Origin: a candidate division WS6 bacterium OLB20 | Lineage (GTDB): Bacteria; Patescibacteriota; Dojkabacteria; B142; OLB20 | Direction: 5' to 3' | Assembly: GCA_001567355.1 (NCBI GenBank) | Contig: JYNZ01000003.1 | Location: forward strand, 466,263-530,262 | DNA: 64,000 nt | Shown: positions 57,290 to 64,000 of the stretch, in pieces | How the letters are laid out: each line of letters begins with the position of its first letter | Numbering within the stretch: the stretch's first letter is position 1 | The notes under the pieces: generated by a model | The model's database searches: none | What the model was told of the DNA's origin: nothing | The model's input: only the letters and a program-made list of their open reading frames with translations | Translations under genes and position numbers: made by a program

Positions 57290-57321
57290 ATCAGCTGATG
57301 ATGTTGTTTGAGTCCAGTATA

Positions 57322-57879
57322 TCAGTCTTCTTCACCGTTGCTGCGTAATTTGTCGGCAAGTCTGCGTGCCAGAAACGTCAGCATACTCCGCCGTGTCTCA
57401 TCAAGCCGGAATCCGGCATACATTTCGCGGAACCGGGCGACACCCTCCCGCGTTGAGGTCAGGTAGTGGTAGTTCTGCAACGCTTCATCCCAGAGCCTGA
57501 TTACGCGGCGCATATTCTCAATCTGCTCCGCTGTGACGATAATCCGCCCCGAGGTGTCCGGTTCGAGAACAGTGCACAGATCCTTGGAGATAAGGTCATG
57601 CAGATGCCGTTCTGATCCTGTAAGTCCGAGTGCAAGATAACGTCCTGTGAGATCGTCCACGTCTGCTGCCGTCATCTCGCTGTATCCTGCAAGATCCATT
57701 ACAAAGCGGGAGTTGAGGCTGAGCGTTCCATCATCATTGACAACATCAGCGCGACAGAAGTCCGTGCCCAGCTGTCCGGTCATTATGCGTTTATGAAAGC
57801 TGCGGACACCGCGCGATGTTGTCTCGATCCCGACATCGTTGCGGATCACGTTGTCCATGGTGTAGACCAGCGTGTACAT
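57322..57879 (-). CDS. Hypothetical protein, possibly the C-terminal part of 57846..58985
   Basis: Overlaps the upstream ORF by 34 nt on the same strand. Confidence 0.3.
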   Translation of the reverse strand: MYTLVYTMDNVIRNDVGIETTSRGVRSFHKRIMTGQLGTDFCRADVVNDDGTLSLNSRFVMDLAGYSEMTAADVDDLTGRYLALGLTGSERHLHDLISKDLCTVLEPDTSGRIIVTAEQIENMRRVIRLWDEALQNYHYLTSTREGVARFREMYAGFRLDETRRSMLTFLARRLADKLRSNGEED

Positions 57880-58985
57880 ATCAAAATACTCACGCTGCTC
57901 CTCCGGCAGCCTGTCTCTGACGAGCTGTAGCAGAGCTCCATACTGATCTCCTCATCCAGATGTTCTGCTGTCCAGTCCGCAAGCACACGGTACAGCGTTA
58001 CCGTTTCGGGTTTATAGTCCCTGCCTGCTACAAGCACAGCTACATGTTCAGTGCCTCCCTGCTCCTCACATACCTGTTCATAATTCCTGCAGAACGCTGC
58101 GTGGTTTCGCACAGTCTGGTCGGGAATGTAGCGCTGCTCCAGGTCAGTGCTGTATGTGATCAGATCGTTTTCGTGCCATCTTTGCAGGATCGGATACGCA
58201 ATTCTGTTCAGGTACAGCTCGCGTTCGGGGGCAAGGTACGGTCCGTTCTGCGTGATGTGCTTCAACAGTATGGAGTTGGTGATGACGTGATTGCCGCTGC
58301 TGTCCTTCTCTGACTGCCCTGCTGCAATACTGGCATCGATTGCCTGCATCATACTGACGATCATTCCTGCAGAATTCTTTGCGCCCCGCCGCACTCCAAA
58401 CCATGAGTTAACATCTGCAGACTCCTGTTCAGCTGACTGCAGAAATCCGGTGACGACATGACCGAGCACGACAGAGTTTGCCTCAATCCCGTTCTCCGGC
58501 ACAATCAGCGTGCGCTCACGCTGCAACCTGATGCCGCTGCCGTTAACAGCAGGCATGTTTTCTATTCTGATGGTATTAAGAAAGCCGTTGTTGCGCGCAA
58601 CAGGCTTGTAAAAGTGCCGCGAATGAAAATCACCTGCATGACGGGGCTTCAGTTTGTTGAGTGTTTCCGCGACTGCTCCTGAAGCAACCGGGATTCCGGC
58701 CGCACGCAGGAGTACAATGCACAACTGCTCGCGTGAACCGGTTGCCAGCATACCTTCGATATCACGGACGGCATCATACTGACGGTCAGGTCCCCACTGC
58801 AGCGAGCTGACAGCTCCGCTTTTGTTGTAGTGCATCAGCGCAGGGTACGGGAGATTGGAGGGCAGCGGCAGAGGCGCAACCTGATCAGGATCAAAACCGC
58901 CGGAAAAACCGGCATCATATTCGAGCCATTCCGCAATATCTGCTGGACTCATTGTGTGGCGCACAGGCCGATCAGACATTTCCAT
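57846..58985 (-). CDS. Hypothetical protein
   Basis: Long ORF; no recognised motif. Confidence 0.35.
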   Translation of the reverse strand: MEMSDRPVRHTMSPADIAEWLEYDAGFSGGFDPDQVAPLPLPSNLPYPALMHYNKSGAVSSLQWGPDRQYDAVRDIEGMLATGSREQLCIVLLRAAGIPVASGAVAETLNKLKPRHAGDFHSRHFYKPVARNNGFLNTIRIENMPAVNGSGIRLQRERTLIVPENGIEANSVVLGHVVTGFLQSAEQESADVNSWFGVRRGAKNSAGMIVSMMQAIDASIAAGQSEKDSSGNHVITNSILLKHITQNGPYLAPERELYLNRIAYPILQRWHENDLITYSTDLEQRYIPDQTVRNHAAFCRNYEQVCEEQGGTEHVAVLVAGRDYKPETVTLYRVLADWTAEHLDEEISMELCYSSSETGCRRSSVSILICTRWSTPWTT

Positions 58986-59053
58986 GGCGAATTATATCAA
59001 AGTGATATCACAGCTCCTAATTGCCGTCGTGCGCACGGCAGGTATAATGAGGC

Positions 59054-59794
59054 ATGGATTTTGAAATCAAACTGCACAATCAGAGACTGCGCGGGATAGT
59101 CGGGAATGAACATGCAACTGATGCTGTCATTCTTGCACATGGCTTTTCGGGAAACATGCACGGTCCCGACGGTATTTTTGATCTGCTCTCGGAGTCACTT
59201 CAGAAAGAAGACTTTGCAGTCATCCGGTTTGCATTCAGAGGAACCGAGCCCAGCGACGGTGAGCAGAAGGATACTAGCCTGCACACAGAGACCGAAGACC
59301 TTAAAGCAGTTATCGACTGGGCCGAAAACAAACGGGGTTACAGCAGAATCGCTGTCCTCGGTGAAAGCTTTGCAGGAGGCGTTGTTGCAAATGCATACCG
59401 CGACATCGTTGATGCAGTAGTCTTCTGGTATCCCCTGTTTGACTTTAAGGATTGCAGCTTTCGCGAGTTTCTCAACGACTTCAATCTCGACCAGATTGAA
59501 AAGAACGGTGCAATCACGATCGACGGCTTTGCCGTGGGCAGACAGATGTATGAGGATATCAGTACAACCGTTCTGTACGACAGGCTGACGGACATCAAGG
59601 CACCGGCACTGTTTCTGCACGGCGATGCCGATACGGATGTACCTGTACAGCAATCAGAAAAAGGATACGACCGGGCCGGCGGTATCAAGGAGCTGGGCAT
59701 ACTTGAAGGGGCTGATCACTGCTTCCGGTTTGAACAGGATGCGGCAGTTGAGCTGACAACAGAGTTCCTCATCACCACACTCAAGGAAGCCTGA
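59054..59794 (+). CDS. Alpha/beta hydrolase fold protein
   Basis: VILAHGFSG, nucleophile elbow GESFAG, and a downstream D/H. Confidence 0.65.
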   Translation: MDFEIKLHNQRLRGIVGNEHATDAVILAHGFSGNMHGPDGIFDLLSESLQKEDFAVIRFAFRGTEPSDGEQKDTSLHTETEDLKAVIDWAENKRGYSRIAVLGESFAGGVVANAYRDIVDAVVFWYPLFDFKDCSFREFLNDFNLDQIEKNGAITIDGFAVGRQMYEDISTTVLYDRLTDIKAPALFLHGDADTDVPVQQSEKGYDRAGGIKELGILEGADHCFRFEQDAAVELTTEFLITTLKEA

Positions 59795-59833
59795 ACGTTG
59801 GTTGCAGACCCATAGTAATGATATAATGGTTAT

Positions 59834-60067
59834 ATGGAACCAGCAAATCATACGCTACCAAAGCTGATAACACAGCTGCTTAATACCTCAACAGGACCTG
59901 CGGAGGACAGGCAGCGGGAGATTCATTCGAGAGTGACAGAACTGATCGGACAGGGGTACTCTATCCGTCCACAGGGAGATCGCACTGCCAGCATACTGAT
60001 TGATCCCGTTACTGCCTCAGGGCCGATCCCCGAGGTCGAAGCACTGATTACAAAAACTGCGGGATGA
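59834..60067 (+). CDS. Hypothetical small protein
   Basis: ORF only. Confidence 0.25.
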   Translation: MEPANHTLPKLITQLLNTSTGPAEDRQREIHSRVTELIGQGYSIRPQGDRTASILIDPVTASGPIPEVEALITKTAG

Positions 60068-60068
60068 A

Positions 60069-60449
60069 TTGCGGATACCCCTTGGTATTCTCATGGGTGC
60101 CCTGTTACAAAGCGGTAATATTGTTTCAGTAGAAATCCCTGCAAGCAATGTCACTGCAGAGCAGATGCCTGAACAAAGCCATACCCGGGATAGTATTGAG
60201 GCACTGTTAATGAGATATGTGAGTGGAATAATTATTGATGACTACAGTCATTTTGCCAGACCATCCTGTAACAATGACTGGACAGAAGGTAATAAGCCAG
60301 TGCTTCTGGAAGACGAGGAGGCCGATTCGACACAGGAATTTGATCGTTATGCAACACAACCCTCAGAGACATCGTCACTGCTGAGAATCATCGCACAGGA
60401 CGACACGCTTCCGTTAGACAGTAGTCCCCACTACCCCGACAGCGATTAG
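60069..60449 (+). CDS. Hypothetical acidic protein
   Basis: ORF only. Confidence 0.25.
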   Translation: MRIPLGILMGALLQSGNIVSVEIPASNVTAEQMPEQSHTRDSIEALLMRYVSGIIIDDYSHFARPSCNNDWTEGNKPVLLEDEEADSTQEFDRYATQPSETSSLLRIIAQDDTLPLDSSPHYPDSD

Positions 60450-60820
60450 GCTTTCGCAAGACCTGCCAGATATACTCCAAGCTTTTCAGCGAGGTTGCTG
60501 CCGTCTGTATAGACAAGCACCGTCTTTGTAATTGCTGCAATCACCCCGCTTGGTTTAGCATCCTCGCGCACAACAGCAACGACCGGAATACCGATACTGT
60601 CGGCCCAGCCAAGCTCGATACCCATGCCGGTAGAAGGGTAACTGACTTCAGCAATCACCAGATCAAAGCTGCGCATCTCGCTGCGTGAGTCATACTGTTC
60701 TGAGGAATGTTCATGCGGAAACACCACTTCATGCTCTTTGCTCCATGCTGCATCATGCAGAGGACGGTAAAGCTCGTTCTTAAAATCAAATCCTGAGGAA
60801 TGTGCAACATATATTTTCAT
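60446..60820 (-). CDS. Nucleoside 2-deoxyribosyltransferase-like / DNPH1-like protein (paralog 2)
   Basis: MKIYVAHSS...FDLVIAEVSYPSTGMGIELGWADSIGIPVVAV parallels the DNPH1 core AEVTxPSLGVGYELG. Confidence 0.5.
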   Translation of the reverse strand: MKIYVAHSSGFDFKNELYRPLHDAAWSKEHEVVFPHEHSSEQYDSRSEMRSFDLVIAEVSYPSTGMGIELGWADSIGIPVVAVVREDAKPSGVIAAITKTVLVYTDGSNLAEKLGVYLAGLAKA

Positions 60821-61227
60821 GGGGCAAGGCGTGATGGAATAAACTGTTCAAGATCTTCTATTGTTGAGTACTCAAATACCTCAAAGTAATCATTCCCCCG
60901 GATAATCGCAGACAGCAGTTTTTCTCCGGGACGGAACAGACACAGCACCGGGATGTTGCGTGCCTCCGCATAGCAGAGTTCGTAACCTACACCAAGACTG
61001 GGTCTGGTTACTTCGGCTACGACAAGATCTGAGCTTTCCAGCCATTCAAGGTCACGTCTGCGGATAAACGAGTCCTTTTTCTCAACTTCACCCTGTTCTG
61101 ACAAAGAAGCCGAACCGATATGCTCGGTGACAACCTCGGCATGATTCTGCAGAAGAGTGATTATCTTTGCATACAGCTCAGCATCTTCGCGCCCTGCCCT
61201 GATTGAACCCGCAAAGTAGATCTTCAT
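60817..61227 (-). CDS. 2'-deoxynucleoside 5'-phosphate N-hydrolase (DNPH1/Rcl)-like protein (paralog 1)
   Basis: MKIYFAGSIRAGRED...DLEWLESSDLVVAEVTRPSLGVGYELCYAEARNIPVLCLFRPGEKLLSAIIRGN closely follows the DNPH1 pattern. 4-nt overlap with paralog 2 and 2 nt from pgi. Confidence 0.65.
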   Translation of the reverse strand: MKIYFAGSIRAGREDAELYAKIITLLQNHAEVVTEHIGSASLSEQGEVEKKDSFIRRRDLEWLESSDLVVAEVTRPSLGVGYELCYAEARNIPVLCLFRPGEKLLSAIIRGNDYFEVFEYSTIEDLEQFIPSRLAP

Positions 61228-61228
61228 A

Positions 61229-62554
61229 TTATTGTTCTAATAGTTTCTTAGTTTCCACCTTGTAGTCCTCAACGTTCGGCTGATCGAATGCATTCACATT
61301 CATAAGTTTTGCCAGATACATCATCTCCAGCATTTTAAACTGCAGATACTCACCGACATGGTACGGGCTGACCCGTGGAAGATGAACCTCAGCAAACGGA
61401 AGACTTCCTGCCTTGTATGATGCGGCAACGCCACCGTAAATAGCATCCATCACGTCGGCAAAGGACTTGCCAGCTATCCCGTCCACCAGCGGAAACATGG
61501 GTTCTGCAGGTATCCTCACAAGGTCCTTTGATTCAGGCGCGTACACAAGCGTGGTAAATTTATCGTCAGGTCCACCGTAAAACAGCTGCGCCATCGAGTG
61601 CAGGTCAGTTGAACCAATCGCCACTATCGGTGTGATTCCGGTACGGACCTCGTTGCCATCCAGATCAAACTGCTTGCCGACACTTTCGCCCATCAGCTGC
61701 CGGTACCACTTGCCTACCGCTTCAAACTCGGGATTAAAGAAAAAGCTGTTTGAGATAGATCTGCCGGCTTTCAGATGCAGATACGTCAGCGCAGCCGAAG
61801 CAAGCGCCGGATTTTGTGCAATGTCTGATCCCAGTGCGCGATTGCGCATTGCCAGCGCTCCGTCGCGCAGATCCTCGGTAAAGATTCCTGCCAGCATTAG
61901 CGGAAACAGCCCTACGGCAGACAGGACCGAGTAGCGTCCGCCCACCTTGTCAGGTATCGGCAGCAGTTGCATGCCCAGCTTCTTCCCATGGTTCCAGAAC
62001 TTTGAGTCCTTGCCGGTTGTAAGCACAACCCGGTCCTTCACCTCTTTACCAAACTTTGCAGTCAGCTCAGCCATCACGGCCTCAAGCGCGGCGATTGTTT
62101 CTGTTGTTCCCCCTGATTTACTGATAGCATTTACAACTATCTGTTCGGGAGCCTCGATCTCTTCCGCGATAATGCTGCGCAGCAGCTCAAATCTTTTTGA
62201 CGACGTTGTATCCAGAAAAAACATCTTTGGTGCGGCTTCGGCACGCATGTTGTATTCCTTACCGCGCAACGCTTCGTATACTGCCATCGTTCCCAGGTTT
62301 GACCCGCCGATTCCTATCACAACGATCCAGCGCAGATCCTCACTGACAAGGGCATCAACAGCCACTCCGATTGTGCTCATCAGGTCATCATCCGCAGGGA
62401 GCACAACGGATGCCTCATCAGCACCGTAGTCACCTGTCTTTGCAACGTCGGCAATATGATCAATGTAGGGTCTGATCCGGTCGGCCTCGGACTGCATGTC
62501 ACTCTGGCCGAATCCGGCAGCATCATAACTGAATGTTAGTTTGTCACTGCTCAT
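61229..62554 (-). CDS. pgi: Glucose-6-phosphate isomerase
   Basis: GIGGSNLG and SKSGGTTET motifs. Confidence 0.85.
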   Translation of the reverse strand: MSSDKLTFSYDAAGFGQSDMQSEADRIRPYIDHIADVAKTGDYGADEASVVLPADDDLMSTIGVAVDALVSEDLRWIVVIGIGGSNLGTMAVYEALRGKEYNMRAEAAPKMFFLDTTSSKRFELLRSIIAEEIEAPEQIVVNAISKSGGTTETIAALEAVMAELTAKFGKEVKDRVVLTTGKDSKFWNHGKKLGMQLLPIPDKVGGRYSVLSAVGLFPLMLAGIFTEDLRDGALAMRNRALGSDIAQNPALASAALTYLHLKAGRSISNSFFFNPEFEAVGKWYRQLMGESVGKQFDLDGNEVRTGITPIVAIGSTDLHSMAQLFYGGPDDKFTTLVYAPESKDLVRIPAEPMFPLVDGIAGKSFADVMDAIYGGVAASYKAGSLPFAEVHLPRVSPYHVGEYLQFKMLEMMYLAKLMNVNAFDQPNVEDYKVETKKLLEQ

Positions 62555-62612
62555 TTAGTGCGGGTAAGAGATACCCTACTGTATATGATAGAGCGGCTGT
62601 TTGCCAAGATGC

Positions 62613-63218
62613 TCATGCCGCAGCAGTGTATGCCCACACCAGCACCCTGCACGAGCGACACCCTGCGGCAATCAGTGTATCGCAGCACTCACGGGCGGTT
62701 GCACCGGTCGTATAGACATCGTCAACCACAATGATATCCATGCCCCGGACATCGCGGTTTACAGCAAACGCACCCGTCAGATTGACTGACCTGGCGGCGG
62801 CATCAAGCTCTGCCTGCGGTGGTGTGTGCCTGTTGCGCACAAGCGCTTCGCGATACCTGGCGGCATCTATCTGACGTGCTATAACACCGGCCTGATTAAA
62901 ACCGCGCCACTTCAGCCGCTTCGCTGACAGCGGCACCGGTACCAGCAGATCATACTGCCAGCCCCTGTCGTCAAGCGCCAGATGCATCATCTGAGCCATC
63001 TCTGCGCACAGTGTATGATACAGTCCAAACTTGATCTGATGCACATAACGCTGCACGCCAGGTCCATATCCTACTGCAGCGCAGACCGTATCGTACAGAT
63101 CTTCGGGCAGTTCCGCGCGCGGCAACTTGCGTCTGCAGGCCTGACAAAGGTTGCTCCCCTGTGAGGAGCACAGTGCGCACGCCTGAGGAAAAAGTATGTC
63201 CAGCAGATACGCCAGCAT
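62613..63218 (-). CDS. comFC: ComF family protein (ComFC-like phosphoribosyltransferase)
   Basis: N-terminal 4-Cys zinc finger (CALCSS...CQAC) plus the PRTase motif IIVVDDVYTTGATAREC. Confidence 0.7.
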   Translation of the reverse strand: MLAYLLDILFPQACALCSSQGSNLCQACRRKLPRAELPEDLYDTVCAAVGYGPGVQRYVHQIKFGLYHTLCAEMAQMMHLALDDRGWQYDLLVPVPLSAKRLKWRGFNQAGVIARQIDAARYREALVRNRHTPPQAELDAAARSVNLTGAFAVNRDVRGMDIIVVDDVYTTGATARECCDTLIAAGCRSCRVLVWAYTAAA

Positions 63219-63345
63219 GGATTTTGTTGTTCATTTTGTATACATACCTTATACAAAACACCCGGTAAAATTATCCTTAATTCTCCACAATCTGATACCC
63301 TGCCTGATACTTTCCGTAACATTGCCGGTGCGCTAGAATGACTGC

Positions 63346-64000
63346 ATGCATTCCACCTACAGAGCAGATATACCGGCCATCACCGTCCACCAGATGCGAG
63401 AGCTTGACCGCCTGACCACGAAGACGGGAATCGATCCGATGCTGATGCTCGAAAACGCCGGGGCACTGACCGCATCTGTCGCAAAAGAACTTGCCGGCGG
63501 AGCAGCAGGTAAAAAAAATTACTGTACTGGCAGGCAAGGGAGGCAACGGCGGCAGCGCACTCGCTGCTGCACGGCACCTGCACAACAGCGGTGCTGATAT
63601 CAGTCTTGTTCTGAGCGCACCGGCACAGGAGTTAACCATAGCTTCTGCACGGCAGCTTGATATCCTGCAGCGTATCGGACTGACAGCGGATGTAACAGAC
63701 AGTGTGACCGATTCGGACATCATTATTGACGGTCTGATCGGATACTCGCTGCAGGGGGATGTCAGAGGCCGCAGCCTGGCGCTCATCGAAAGCGCCAACT
63801 CTTCCGATGCACTTATGATCAGCTGTGATATCCCTTCTGGTCTTGACCCGGACACCGGCACGGTAAAAGGGACAGCAATTGAATCCGATGCTACAGTCAC
63901 TGTCGCCCTCCCTTACCATGGGCTGTTTACCGCAAAAGCACGCGAGTACACAGGCAGGATATTTGTGGCAGACGTAAGCGTACCACAATCCGTCTGGCGG
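63346..64000 (+). CDS. nnrE: NAD(P)H-hydrate epimerase (YjeF N-terminal domain), frameshifted at an A8 run; 3' end runs off the window
   Basis: ITVHQMRELDRLTTKTGIDPMLMLENAG is the YjeF-N start. After aaaaaaaa (63511-63518) the motif continues in another frame as KKITVLAGKGGNGGSALAAARHL...DIIIDGLIGYSL. Confidence 0.65.

Noticed and set aside
63277-63900. 207-aa minus-strand ORF
   Set aside because: Antisense to nnrE, whose YjeF-N motifs are clear once the A8 frameshift is allowed; Cys/Arg/Ala-rich spurious composition.
1-64000. Search for rRNA genes, CRISPR arrays and additional tRNAs
   Set aside because: No rRNA-like conserved blocks and no regularly spaced 25-40-bp direct repeats with unique spacers were seen. 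Only the tmRNA tRNA-like end was recognised by eye. A tRNAscan/ARAGORN run is needed to exclude small tRNAs.

Overview
This is a compact bacterial chromosomal window with about 90 genes on both strands and very short intergenic spacers. Gene content suggests a small-genome, possibly CPR/Saccharibacteria-like organism; this is inference from gene content only, no search was run. 

Core genes recognised from motifs:
- Translation and insertion: rplY (L25/Ctc), jag/khpB plus yidC, rsmE, trpS.
- Central metabolism: a phosphoketolase–acetate kinase operon, pgi, a GH13 branching-enzyme-like gene.
- Regulation and transport: an Rrf2 regulator, a metal-type ABC ATPase plus permease, an ECF sigma with a putative anti-sigma.
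- Nucleotide handling: a LOG–SAM-methyltransferase fusion, two tandem DNPH1-like nucleoside 2-deoxyribosyltransferase-fold genes, three Nudix hydrolases, a frameshifted nnrE.
- Secreted and surface proteins: a clan-A glycoside hydrolase, an M23 peptidase, several Pro-Thr-linker surface proteins.
- Others: an ArnT-like glycosyltransferase, a Lys-rich histone H1-like protein, a P1B-type ATPase pseudogene, a Doc toxin with an overlapping small upstream ORF, a GNAT, an MBL-fold hydrolase, an alpha/beta hydrolase, comFC.

The most striking feature is a roughly 8-kb visibly AT-richer island at about 41.1–49.0 kb, inserted next to a tmRNA gene (ssrA, minus strand, 48940..49392). The island carries:
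- a higB-like toxin followed by an HTH-XRE/ImmA-peptidase fusion;
- two unknown minus-strand genes, one with a PD-(D/E)xK-like motif;
- a HaeIII-like restriction–modification pair, with the endonuclease split and the C5-methyltransferase intact;
- a 32-aa N-terminal remnant of an MmeI-family RM enzyme;
- a 290-aa hypothetical, a 54-aa HTH ORF, and a large serine recombinase broken into three ORFs.

Other signals worth a second look:
- a 32-bp perfect direct repeat upstream of two secreted-hydrolase transcription units;
- a G10 tract in a surface-protein promoter;
- two tandem ~67-nt GC-hairpin motifs in a convergent intergenic region;
- a Lon-like AAA+ ATPase lacking the protease domain.

No rRNA and no CRISPR array were seen, and I could not run a tRNA search. 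Several conserved genes (jag, nnrE, LOG-methyltransferase, the P-type ATPase, the recombinase) are frameshifted, at least three of them inside homopolymer runs. Sequencing or assembly error is therefore a serious alternative to true pseudogenisation.
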